This document shows positions 22,488 through 33,806 of a stretch of 60,527 bases of DNA, one piece after another (positions within the stretch are counted from its first letter, which is position 1; the number at the start of each line of letters is the position of its first letter). Origin of the DNA: Thraustochytrium aureum (lineage: Eukaryota); the NCBI GenBank assembly GCA_012862495.1, contig BLSG01000142.1, forward strand, positions 100,051-160,577, given 5' to 3'. The notes beneath the pieces are model-generated. The model was not told where the DNA came from, ran no database searches, and saw nothing but the letters and a program-made list of their open reading frames with translations. A program made the translations under genes and the position numbers.

Positions 22488-23540
22488 ATGGAAGACCTTG
22501 AGCGAGCGTACGACTCGATGCTGAGGTCCAGGCCGATGGAGGAGATGCGCGAGGTCGTTTCGTACGCGCGCATGCTTGCCAAGACGGACATGCGGCCCTG
22601 GAAAGAGTTTGTCGAGCGCTTTGACGTGCCAAAGCGCAACCATGCTGTCGTGACGAAGCGTGTCGCAACCAACGTGCTGTACTACCGCGTCAACTACGCC
22701 GCTCTCGTGGTTGGGGCTCTCGGCGGCGCGTGTGTTTTCCGAAATGGCAACATTGTGCTGGTGGCTCTCGCCGCGCTGGCGCAAGGGTTTTTCTTGTTCC
22801 ACCTGCGGCGCCGTCGGCCGATCATCACGTTTGGACGCGTGTGGAGTCTGAAGGACCGTGCTGGGTGCTTTGGCGGCTGTGTGTTTGTGACGGCCACCTT
22901 CCTTGGAGCGTTGTGGTCAACGCTCTCTGCCCTTGCGCTTGCTGGCGCGATGATCGCAGCACATGCCACGACCCGGCCTTGCAGCACGCGCAGCAAATTT
23001 TCAAGCCTCGGGTCCAGCATCGAGCTGGAGGAGGGCGTCGACGTGGAGGGCGGCGCCCCTGTGGCCGAGACAGAGCCCGTGGCGTCATTTTCTGCAGGCT
23101 TGTCGTCGTCGCGCATGGGTGTCGAAGCGTTCGGGAGTGTGTTGTCGCAAACCGCGACCGCGCGCACTGCGGCGATCCAGCACACGCTAAAGTGTGAAGA
23201 GCAGCGGCGCCAGAGCGAGTACGAGATGCAGCGCGCTCGAAATGCAGAGTACGCGCGCCAAAGGCGCCGAGCGCTTGGCTCGCACCGACACGGGTCGAGC
23301 GGGACAGTTGAAGAGACCAAAGAGGAGACTCCTGCGGCAGTCCCCTTTCCTCAGCCCAGGTTCAGCCCGGCGACGCCGGAGCAGCTACAGCAGGCCGCGG
23401 GAGGCGCAGAGGTGCAGGACGCTGATTTGGCGGAGCGCGAGGCAGCCTCGCACTCCTCGGGGAGGGTCTCTGTCAAGGTGCACGTCCCGGCGCGCCAAGT
23501 TTTGATCCCTGGCGCGAGCAAGAACAAGAAAATCGACTAA
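22488..23540 (+). CDS. PRA1: PRA1 family protein (prenylated Rab acceptor) with a long hydrophilic C-terminal extension
   Basis: MRPWKEF..RFDVP..RVATNVLYYRVNY, two hydrophobic hairpins and HATTR (HAxxR) match the PRA1 family. Confidence 0.8.
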   Translation: MEDLERAYDSMLRSRPMEEMREVVSYARMLAKTDMRPWKEFVERFDVPKRNHAVVTKRVATNVLYYRVNYAALVVGALGGACVFRNGNIVLVALAALAQGFFLFHLRRRRPIITFGRVWSLKDRAGCFGGCVFVTATFLGALWSTLSALALAGAMIAAHATTRPCSTRSKFSSLGSSIELEEGVDVEGGAPVAETEPVASFSAGLSSSRMGVEAFGSVLSQTATARTAAIQHTLKCEEQRRQSEYEMQRARNAEYARQRRRALGSHRHGSSGTVEETKEETPAAVPFPQPRFSPATPEQLQQAAGGAEVQDADLAEREAASHSSGRVSVKVHVPARQVLIPGASKNKKID

Positions 23541-23990
23541 CTGTCTCTAGCTGGAGAGAGCAAAGGCCTTGGCCGCGAGCGAGCATCGCGCACGCGCCGG
23601 CTCTCATCGCATCATAACGTCGCCAATCAAGTTGTGCTCAGCTTACTCAGTTGGGTTGGTCAGCTTAGTTGGGTTGCTCCTTGCCAGCGGAGCATTTAAA
23701 AAAATAGTATCGTCTTGGCTATTCCGCTGCGGCGCCTAATCCACGACGGCACAGGCGCAGAAGCGTACTGCTGAAGGGCGGGGCCGTTTGTGCGCGCAGG
23801 ACTATGGTCTGCGGCCTGAAAGCGCCGGCTGCGGCCCGCTGGGGGGTCGCATCGCGCACTTTTACTGATGCCCAAGCAACCCAACTCGCTCTTCGTGTCA
23901 ATAAGAAAGTCAGTCATAGACAGAAACAATAGACGCTGCGCGGCTCTGGGTCTGGCTGTGGCACGGCACGGCAAACGCAGCAGCGCGCAG

Positions 23991-24455
23991 CTAGGCGGCT
24001 AGGCGGCGCGGGCTACTACTCGAAATGTAGTTGCCGTATACTTTGGTGTCGCGGCCGTTGAGCTCGAGGCGCAGGCGGTCAATAGCGGCCTCAACGTCGT
24101 CCTCGGCGACAAGCGAGACGTTGGTCGAGTAGGTGCTCATGTTGAGGAGCTGCACGCCGACCTCGTAAGGGCTCGACATGATGTGCACAATGCCTGTCTC
24201 GTCGAAGGGGATGTCTTTGCCGAGCAAGCGGATCGCCTTCCAGCGCTGCGGGCAGACCACGAGCGAATCCTCCGGAAAGTCTTTGAGGTCGCGCTCGTCG
24301 AGCAGCAGCGAGATCTCTTCGTTGGTGCTAAAGTAGGCCCACAGGTAATCGTGCGCAACCTGGCGCATGCGGAGGTCGTGCACCGAGAGCGAGGCGGCCC
24401 CAGCCGCGGAGGCCTCGGCCGCATCCTCAGCGGTTTGCGTTGTTTGTTTTTGGGC
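23991..24455 (-). CDS. CASTOR/GATS-like ACT-domain protein, C-terminal part only (5' end in gap)
   Basis: YFSTNEEISLLLDERDLKDFP..WKAIRL..IPFDETGIVHIMSSP..MSTYSTNVSLVAEDDVEAAIDRL parallels the CASTOR ACT3-4 pattern (ISLVMD..W..V..GFDECGIVAQISEPL..ISTF..LVP). Confidence 0.7.
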   Translation of the reverse strand, partial: AQKQTTQTAEDAAEASAAGAASLSVHDLRMRQVAHDYLWAYFSTNEEISLLLDERDLKDFPEDSLVVCPQRWKAIRLLGKDIPFDETGIVHIMSSPYEVGVQLLNMSTYSTNVSLVAEDDVEAAIDRLRLELNGRDTKVYGNYISSSSPRRLAA

Positions 24456-25286
24456 NNNNNNNNNNNNNNNNNNNNNNNNNNNNNNNNNNNNNNNNNNNNN
24501 NNNNNNNNNNNNNNNNNNNNNNNNNNNNNNNNNNNNNNNNNNNNNNNNNNNNNNNNNNNNNNNNNNNNNNNNNNNNNNNNNNNNNNNNNNNNNNNNNNNN
24601 NNNNNNNNNNNNNNNNNNNNNNNNNNNNNNNNNNNNNNNNNNNNNNNNNNNNNNNNNNNNNNNNNNNNNNNNNNNNNNNNNNNNNNNNNNNNNNNNNNNN
24701 NNNNNNNNNNNNNNNNNNNNNNNNNNNNNNNNNNNNNNNNNNNNNNNNNNNNNNNNNNNNNNNNNNNNNNNNNNNNNNNNNNNNNNNNNNNNNNNNNNNN
24801 NNNNNNNNNNNNNNNNNNNNNNNNNNNNNNNNNNNNNNNNNNNNNNNNNNNNNNNNNNNNNNNNNNNNNNNNNNNNNNNNNNNNNNNNNNNNNNNNNNNN
24901 NNNNNNNNNNNNNNNNNNNNNNNNNNNNNNNNNNNNNNNNNNNNNNNNNNNNNNNNNNNNNNNNNNNNNNNNNNNNNNNNNNNNNNNNNNNNNNNNNNNN
25001 NNNNNNNNNNNNNNNNNNNNNNNNNNNNNNNNNNNNNNNNNNNNNNNNNNNNNNNNNNNNNNNNNNNNNNNNNNNNNNNNNNNNNNNNNNNNNNNNNNNN
25101 NNNNNNNNNNNNNNNNNNNNNNNNNNNNNNNNNNNNNNNNNNNNNNNNNNNNNNNNNNNNNNNNNNNNNNNNNNNNNNNNNNNNNNNNNNNNNNNNNNNN
25201 NNNNNNNNNNNNNNNNNNNNNNNNNNNNNNNNNNNNNNNNNNNNNNNNNNNNNNNNNNNNNNNNNNNNNNNNNNNNNNNNNNNNNG

Positions 25287-25345
25287 CCTGGCTGGCTGGC
25301 TGGCTGGCTGGCTGCCTGGGGTGGTTGGAGCGCTTGCTTGCTTGC
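25287..25345. repeat. (CTGG)n and (GCTT)n microsatellites at a gap edge
   Basis: ctggctggctgg... then cttgcttgcttg directly after the N run. Confidence 0.9.
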
Positions 25346-26670
25346 TCGCGTGGTGCGTGCGTGACTCGACGGCCAGGCAGGCCAGCAAACCGGAGGGACC
25401 GGCGGGGAAACGCGCGCCGCCTCGGGCGAATGCGCCGTCGCCAACGCGCCTGGCGCCCTTGTGGAGCGCTGTGAGGCGGGTGAATTCGGCCCTGCGTCGC
25501 GCAGCTGTGCGTGCAAGCGCTGCTCGTGAGTACTGGTGTGCGCAAGCGTTTGCAATTTCCTTGCCAGGTCGGGGAAATGCTCGCGCAAGGAGGCTCCCTC
25601 GCGCCCGCGACGCCTTGAAGAACAAGGAGCTCGAGCGCAGCCGATCTTGGAAATCAATTGTCGCGCGCACCGGTGCAGTACCTCTAGCTAGAGGTAGGAC
25701 ACCGACAGTGTTCCAGCATGCACAGCGCGGCTGGCCAGCATCACGATCAACCAACTTGACTCGTGAGGGCGTTCAAGCCAATCCAACTTGAACAGCCCAC
25801 TGCCAGGGCCGGCCACCTGCTTCAAAACCAACGAGGCCTCCTTGCCAAACGAACGTCAACACGTTGTTGCGATCATCCTGCGCAGTGGGCGGGAGCAGCG
25901 GCCGCTGGCAACACTGGCAGCAGTGGATTCCATTTGTGAGGGCCTGGCGGGACCAGATTGCGACAAGACGCAGCAGATGATCGATCACACTTGATCACAC
26001 CTCCTCCTTGATCGCTCCACCACGACCACCACCACCATGAGCATGATGATCACCTGCGACAGGCTGCGACTCGCGGCATACTTGGCTCACGCTTTCTGAA
26101 GCAGCAGCGGAAGGTACAACTCATCTACCTTCAAGCCTTTCGCGAGGAGTCTTGGCCCATTTCACGCCAGAATCGAGCACACTTGAGGCAGGCTGTGGCC
26201 ACCTCGTTGAAAGCAACGACTCGGAGGATGATCCACCAACCTCGTCGAAAGCCAGCAGAGGCACAGAGCGGCACTGGGTGTGCGCTCGGTCATGGCACAG
26301 AGGGTAGGTAGGAACACGCGCGCGGCGACAATCGCTCGCTGCAGCACAAGGAAAGCGCCCACACGAGCGTCGACCGCTTGGGTGAGTGAGGTCTAGAGTC
26401 GTCCACCTGAGCCACCCACTGTCGATGAGGAGCAGGAGGAGCAGCAGGGCACGCCCCTCACGGCTGGAAACAAAACGATCAGTGCTGCGTGAGTGCCACT
26501 CGAAGCGAAGTACGACCAAGCGACCAAGTACCTACCTACCCACTGACTCGCTTCAACAGCTTGTCAGCAAGCCAGACGGCAGTCCCCAAACCTGCCAGGA
26601 CGGCGCCGGGCACATACGCTCGCGCCTGCGCGAACAAGGACGGGCAGTAGTCAGTCCTGTGGCAATCGTT

Positions 26671-29325
26671 ATGGCGCGCAAGAAAGTGAGGGCCGCGACG
26701 GTGGACCCCGCCGAGGTGGCCGGCTCGGAGACCTCGTCCGTGCCGACTGTGCCAGCCAACGCGGAAGGCGAGGCCCAGGTCTCAGTGGAGGAAGTTGAGG
26801 ACACGGTGATCGCGCGTGCAGCAGAGGGCTTCGCGCCAGCGGCTGACAGCCTGCGCCTCCACCCGCCCTTGCCCCCAACAGATCCTTGAGTCGCGCGTTG
26901 GCGGCGTTGGACTCCAGGTGGTGGAAAACACCGAGGCGAACCAGGAGCTCGAGCACAGCCTCGATGATGACGTGAAGGAGATCAATGCCCTGCAGGAGGG
27001 AAGCGAACACATCGCACACCTGAACCTGGACCTTCGTGGCGAGTACCGGAGGCCGGACTTGCTGGTGGCCAAAGCGTACCGCGCTCGACACCACCCGCAA
27101 GACCGCGAGGGCAAGCAGTTGTCGTACTGTGGAACCGACACGGGCTCATACGTCCATTTGTGCAAGAAAATGAGCGTCGAGGAGGACGAAATGATCCGGT
27201 TTGGGCCAGGCATTGCGAGCTACTTCAAGTGGCTCAAACTATTATTTGTGATGTACGCCGTCATCTTGTGCATCCAGGTGCCAGTAATCCTGTTCAACGT
27301 GTACGCGGGCGACTACTTTGACGACAATATCCTCCCCACGACCACCACGACGATCGGCAACCTCTACCGCGCGCCAGCTGAGAACACCTCTGTGATAGAG
27401 TACTACGAGCTGCGCCTCCCCCTGGTCTGCAGCAACAAGCCGGGCGGGTTTTGCGAGATCGACAGCGGCTCGATGCTGTTCTACTATGGCTGCATGGACG
27501 CCGTGACCGTGCTGGTGTTCCTTGCTTTCGCGGGCTGCTCGTCGCGCTTCGCGCGGCTCGAGAGCAGGCGCTTCACGTCGCATGTGCTCAACGTCGAGCA
27601 CTACTCGGTACAGGTCGCCAACGTTCCCAACGACTGCACCGCCGACCAGATCCGCGACCACTTCGAGGAGGTTGTCGAAGGGAAGGTGCACGACGTACAG
27701 CTCGTGCAGACCACCGGAAACGCCATCAGCCTCTGTGTCCAGCGCGGGCGCCTTATCAAGCGGCTCGCGCGGGCTGACGCGCGCCGCAAGTACTACGACC
27801 AAATCAACGCCTCGCTGGACAGGCGCGAAAAGGCCCAGCGCAGCTACGACGACTTGTACGCCCGAGTTGTCGAGATGGACAACCGCGCCTCGGAGCGAGC
27901 CACGGAGGGCGACGCACTCTTCGCGTTTGTCACGTTTGCCTCGCAGCGGGATCGCAATAAATGCCTTCGCCTCTACCGCGGCTTTGGCTGCGCCCTGAGC
28001 CAGAGCCCTTCGCTCCGCCTCAACGGCGAGCAAACCCTAAAGGTCTCCGAGGCCCCGCCTCCCTCGACGTTGCTTTGGGAGAACAACGAGGTGAGCAGGC
28101 TCTCGCGCTTTGGGCGCCACCTCGCGACAGGGATGCTGATGCTGCTCCTGCTCTGCCTGACCTGCGTCATCAACTATTTGACCGAGCCCTTCAAGCTCAG
28201 CAAGAACATCTTCGATTCCATCACTGGGGCCGGCTCTGTCGATGCGATTTGCGACGGCGCCTTTGCCGCCATGTCTACGGTGGAGGAGGCTCTGGCGTTT
28301 GCGCTCGCCAACCCTGACGTCGAGCTTGAGGACCGGCCGGGCATCTCCCTGCTGGAGTGCCTTTGCGAAAACCAGCTCAACCCAGGTGGGGCAGTGTTCC
28401 CGAACGGAACGAGCATCGGATCCGCCCTTTTCTCGAGCGACGGCGAATGTGCCTTCTACCTCGACCAGCGCGCCAAGAGCATCGGCGTCCAGTCTGGCGT
28501 CTCGTTCGCCACGCTGCTCATGAACACGGTTATCTTCCTTTTGCTGACGGAGTCGGGTTTTTTCATGAAGTACACCTCGATTGTGCAGCGCGAAATGACG
28601 ATCATGAAGCGTCTCTTCCTCGCGACGTACATCAACACGGGTTTGCTTGTGCTCTTGGTGAATGCCGACATCCAGAGCTTGCTTCAGCTTAATTTCTCAG
28701 AGGGGGCGGCGCGCATCTTTGGTCGCGGCACCTTTGTCGACTTTTCGCAAGAGTGGTACCGCGTCGTGGGGACGGAGGTGCTGCTTGTGGGCATTCTCAA
28801 CATCTTCGCGCCGCACATGTATCCTCTCCTCCTGGCCACTTTTAACACGCTCTACCGCACGCTTCACCACCCCATCTCGCAGTCCGAGCTCAACGAAATG
28901 TTTCTCGGTCCGGACTTCGTGTTGAGCTACAGGTACTCGCAGGTGCTCATGATGTCCTTCTTCATCATGACCTACAGCACGGGCCTCCCCATTCTCTACG
29001 GGCTCGGCATAGTGTCCATCGTCATCACGTACTGGGTGGACAAGTACTTCTTCACGCGAGTCTCCCGCACCCCGGCGCTCTTCTCGTCGCAGATCGGGAT
29101 CTGGGCCAACGACACGCTTCAGTACGCCGCCATCATCCACCTCCTTTTCGGGATCTGGATGCTCTCCAGCCCCTTTGTGTTCCCGGCCAACTCGGCGCAG
29201 AGCACGCTTGGCCTGATCGACTCGATCACCAACGCGGCCGGCGTTGACGTGGACGCGGTCACCGCTTTTAACGGCACCAGCGCACTCGACAGCCTTGGCA
29301 CTCAGATCAAAGACCGCTTCCTGCG
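26671..29325 (+). CDS. OSCA/TMEM63 (CSC1)-TMC-like multi-pass ion channel; predicted intron 26806..26881; 3' end in gap
   Basis: Exon 1 26671-26805 (45 codons, MARKKV..EDT). Intron GTGATC..CTGAC(26843)..pyrimidine tract..CAACAG. Exon 2 from 26882 is in frame with ORF 26816. Motifs FGPGIASYFKWLK, YSVQVANVP, AFVTF, APPPSTLLWEN, DFSQEWYRVVG, YRYSQVL, YWVDKYFF; many TM helices. Confidence 0.8.
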
Positions 29326-29992
29326 NNNNNNNNNNNNNNNNNNNNNNNNNNNNNNNNNNNNNNNNNNNNNNNNNNNNNNNNNNNNNNNNNNNNNNNNNNN
29401 NNNNNNNNNNNNNNNNNNNNNNNNNNNNNNNNNNNNNNNNNNNNNNNNNNNNNNNNNNNNNNNNNNNNNNNNNNNNNNNNNNNNNNNNNNNNNNNNNNNN
29501 NNNNNNNNNNNNNNNNNNNNNNNNNNNNNNNNNNNNNNNNNNNNNNNNNNNNNNNNNNNNNNNNNNNNNNNNNNNNNNNNNNNNNNNNNNNNNNNNNNNN
29601 NNNNNNNNNNNNNNNNNNNNNNNNNNNNNNNNNNNNNNNNNNNNNNNNNNNNNNNNNNNNNNNNNNNNNNNNNNNNNNNNNNNNNNNNNNNNNNNNNNNN
29701 NNNNNNNNNNNNNNNNNNNNNNNNNNNNNNNNNNNNNNNNNNNNNNNNNNNNNNNNNNNNNNNNNNNNNNNNNNNNNNNNNNNNNNNNNNNNNNNNNNNN
29801 NNNNNNNNNNNNNNNNNNNNNNNNNNNNNNNNNNNNNNNNNNNNNNNNNNNNNNNNNNNNNNNNNNNNNNNNNNNNNNNNNNNNNNNNNNNNNNNNNNNN
29901 NNNNNNNNNNNNNNNNNNNNNNNNNNNNNNNNNNNNNNNNNNNNNNNNNNNNNNNNNNNNNNNNNNNNNNNNNNNNNNNNNNNNNNNNNNNN

Positions 29993-31369
29993 CTTGGAGC
30001 GAAGTACTGAGGGGATCGCTCCGAGTGGAACAAAAACACAAAGGCCGAGATCATCAAGCCGGCGTGGGCCAGATACTTTGGCTGGGGTCCGAGGCGCTGT
30101 TCGGGACTGTCTCTCCAGTTCCCCAGGCCAGTGAAACGGAGCTTCTGTCCGTGTGCTGGGCAAAGGGACCAACCCCGTAAGCGAAGACGAGCGCCTCGCT
30201 CGACTCGCTGTCTTGAAAATCCTGGCCCGCGAAGCTGCTCGCAACGAACTCGAGCGTTACCGTTGTCCCGTCGACCGTAACTGCGGCCGACTCGAGCCCG
30301 CTCGCCCCTTGGAACTGAACGAAGGAGGCCCCTGTTTAGAGGCCGCGATGGTCGACGGGACGGTGAACTCGCCTACGGGCTCGGGGGAGACCGAGCCGTA
30401 TTGGTCGCCAACCTTGGCCTCGTCAGTAAACGCGATCAGGCTCTTTGCGCCGTCCATTTGCGCCCCGAGGCCGACAGCGACCCAAGCGCCACTGCCGGCG
30501 CCGGCCCCGGGGATCGAGACGGAAAGGCGTCCACTCACGCGCGGCGTGGACTGGAGTACCCTAGAAGAGCCGCCTTCCGTCGCAGCCAGCACCTGCCAGG
30601 AAAACGAGCCTTGGCCGCCAAACAGCTCGATCGACTCGAGGCTGCTCTCGCTTGAGGTCGGTTGCGCTGTTGGCGCTGCTGCCGGAGCTGGCGTTTGCGG
30701 CGCCGAGCTCGTGGGCGTCGATGGTACCAACGGCGAGAGCGTGGGACTTGATGAGACCTCGTCGCCTGCTTGCGGCGAAGTTGTCGGGCTTTTGGAGCCC
30801 TCGGCACCTGCATGCGGCGACTTGGTGGGCGAGCGCGACGGTGGCTCGCTCGGCGCACTTGGCAGAGCCGCGTCCGCGAAACGGACTTGTTGCGCCGCCC
30901 GTGTGAGGGGTGTATGGCGCCACACGCTGCCACCGGAAATAGACCCACGGACGATGAGCGCGTACGTCGCGTCTGTGAAGGCGCGTCCATTGATCGCGGA
31001 GGCCTCAAAGGTAACGTTCAGGCGCCCGTTCAACGATTCCGAGCTGATCACCTGCAAATCGCCGTTCTTATTGGCCCCAGTCAGACCGTGGCCGCTTCCA
31101 TCTACCGCCGAGTGTTGCGCGACGCCCTCATGCGCGCCGGTGCACGACGGGCAGAACGTGACGAATTGGCTTCCGAACATTTTCTCGTCCAGGGACAGCC
31201 CGAGTGCGACAAACCCGTTGGTTTCGGCGGAGAGCTGCACTCTAAACACCGACTCACTCAGCCTCTCATACACCATAGTCGCAACCCCGTTGACCTCCAC
31301 TACGACCTCCGCTCCGCGAGCAGCCACGGCGAGCGCCGCGGCGACCAGCGTCGCGCCATGCAGCCGCAT
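29993..31369 (-). CDS. Secreted/membrane DOMON-DOMON-cytochrome b561 protein (CYBDOM/FRRS1-like); frameshifts; 3' end in gap
   Basis: Signal peptide from ATG 31369. DOMON1: GFVALGLS..KMFGS..VTFEA..LIVRG..WRHT. P/S/T linker. DOMON2: AWVAVGLGAQMDG..TLEFV..LVFAYG..AQHT (second half in a shifted frame). Then KYLAHAGLMISAFVFL-PLGAIPSVLR, typical of the first b561 helix with its heme His, running into the gap. Confidence 0.7.
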
Positions 31370-32086
31370 TTCGTTTCGACCCAGCCAGTCCACGTTGACC
31401 AGCGAGCGGCCTGACAGTGGCGGGCGTACGGCTTGCAGAGGTCGGGCCCGTAGGGATGCTGCTGTCGCCCTCTTCGTCCTCGCCGTCGCTGTCCTTGTTG
31501 CTGGTTGCGGTGTTGGTGGTGTTGTTCGTCTGAGATTCAGTGGAGTTGCTCGTGTGTCGAGTGGTTTTGTTGGAGCTTGCTTGCTGCTCTCGGTTTTTCG
31601 TGCAAGAATTCCGCGCCGTGCACCCGCTCGATGCGATGCGCTCCCCTCCCCGGCTCGTTCCCTGGCGAGCGACCCTGCGGCCCTGCGGCCCCACGCCTTT
31701 TGTGCTGCCGCGGGGAGACCGGCTTATTCCCGCCAGCTTTACAGAGCTCGAGAGAGAGCTTGAGAGCGAGCGTTGAGGCGTAATGTGCGAGAGCCTTGCA
31801 TGCAACTGCGCGAGGTAGGAGCAACAACGCACTGGAAGAGCAGGCGGTCGGGCGCCGCTGATCGCGCAGGGCCGAGGCGGCGTGAGGGCGCTCTCTAGCT
31901 CTCTAGAGAGAAAGAGCGGCGCCACAGACCTGTAGCTTGAGCCGGAGAGCAATACGATAGGCCATCAGTACAATGTGACAGTTGATTGGTAAGTTAGAGA
32001 ACGCAACGTTATCTTGGCCAGGTCAGGTCGGGTCGCCGGTGGTGCGATAGGAAAAGCCCGCTGCGGCGACGCGCTTGCTCGGCGCA

Positions 32087-32801
32087 CTAGGTGCGCGGCG
32101 CGCCAAAGGCCTCTGGCATGCGCTCGATGGTATACTTGCGCTGAGATATGTACATGATCGGAACACCAGGGACCTTGCGTATCCTGCGCCGCAGGTCCTT
32201 ATCGCAGGTAGCCACAATAAAGCACCGGTGCTGCTTGACCGTCATCACGATGTCGTCATCTGCGTAGTGGCCCTTCTCAAGGTAGCCCGGCATGCGCAGG
32301 AACCGAGGGTCCTTGGCGAGCCGCAGAGCGACCCGGTACTTTGATCCAAGCTTCTCAAGCTCGGCCATCACCGAGTCGAGGATCACAGGGATGCACTTGG
32401 CGTATAGGCAGTCCATCATCGACTTGACGATGTCGAGCTTGTTTCGGATGCTGTTCGGAGCGAGTCGGCGGGCGGCGGTCAGCGCGCGGTTCTCTGCTTG
32501 CGCGGCTCTGCTTTGTGCGCGTGCGGCTCTGTTCGTGCGCTTGCGCCTAGCAGCAGTCCACTTACCTAAAGTTGATAAAGTTGGTGTCCACGATCACGTG
32601 GTACGGTGGTCCGAGCTGCTCGTTGTACTTGAAGAACAGCGCCGTCGGCGTGCGCTCCACAAACTTGGGCCCCTTCTTCTTGGCCTCCTCTACTGCCTTG
32701 GTCTTCACCTTCTCCAAGTTGCCCTTAATCCTCTGGTCCGTGGGTTTGATCATCTTCTTCACCTTGGCAGGCTTGCGCGCCTTTTGCCTGTTCTTCGCCA
32801 T
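32087..32801 (-). CDS. FCF1: rRNA-processing PIN-domain nuclease FCF1/UTP24; exons 32566..32801 and 32087..32450
   Basis: 115-bp intron GTAAGT(32565)..CTGAC..CAG(32451). The spliced 199-aa product has [50 protein letters not shown] and [24 protein letters not shown]. Confidence 0.95.
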
Positions 32802-33065
32802 CTCCGCCCGGGCCGACCAGCCAGCCGCGCCACCCAAAACCCGCAACCCAAGCACCTGCAGCCCGCGTGGCCGCCTGCACGCCTTCACGCCTTCACGCCT
32901 GCGTGCCTCGCAGCTAGCTTGGCCGTCGCCTGGATGCCGCTTTCGGGCTCTGCGCCACCTCCTCGTTGCCTCCACCAACCAACACCTCAACCCAAGTCAA
33001 GAGACAAAGTCAATAGTTACATACGGCAAACATGACGAATATAGATATTCAAGATAACCGAAAAG

Positions 33066-33157
33066 ACTGTTCTTTCTGTTCGGAAGATAAAAGAACTGTT
33101 CTTTCTGTTCCTAAAGGTACTGTTCTTTCTGTTCCGAAGAGAAAAGAACTGTTCTTT
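33066..33157. repeat. Four direct repeats ACTGTTCTTTCTGTTC (spacing 29/24/29 bp) in an AT-rich patch upstream of FCF1
   Basis: Copies start at 33066, 33095, 33119 and 33148 (last one partial). Confidence 0.9.
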
Positions 33158-33806
33158 ATATTCCTAAGGCGCTTCTATGGTCTCGGCGCTGCTGGGCAAG
33201 TGTCCCGCGCGNNNNNNNNNNNNNNNNNNNNNNNNNNNNNNNNNNNNNNNNNNNNNNNNNNNNNNNNNNNNNNNNNNNNNNNNNNNNNNNNNNNNNNNNN
33301 NNNNNNNNNNNNNNNNNNNNNNNNNNNNNNNNNNNNNNNNNNNNNNNNNNNNNNNNNNNNNNNNNNNNNNNNNNNNNNNNNNNNNNNNNNNNNNNNNNNN
33401 NNNNNNNNNNNNNNNNNNNNNNNNNNNNTGCGTTCGTCGTCGCGGTGGTGTTCTCGCGCGCGCACGGGGACTCGCAGGCGAGCAGGCAGCGGGCCAGGGT
33501 GCCCTTGCGCGCGCCTGGGCCCGCGCACGGCCGCACGCTTGCAGCTCTTGCTCAGATTTTCCCCCGGCTCGCGCCCCGCGCTGCGAGGATCTGCCCCTCG
33601 TTCCTGGCGCACGGGCTGCAGACTCGCGCGAACCCGCGCTCGCGAACAAGGGCCGGCCTGCGGTCTCCCTCCCGCGCCATCCCGCCCGCGCCCCCTCCGG
33701 GCTTGCCTTTGTGGGGCGCTCTGGCCTGCGGCGCAAGCGCGGACGCCGCAAGTGCGGCTCGTGGCGCCGCAACAAGTCCACCTTCCTGTAGAAGCCAACG
33801 AGTCAG

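Noticed and set aside
33066..33157. CRISPR-like array
   Set aside because: Repeats are only 16 bp, spacers are 8-13 bp and similar to each other, there are no cas genes and the context is eukaryotic.
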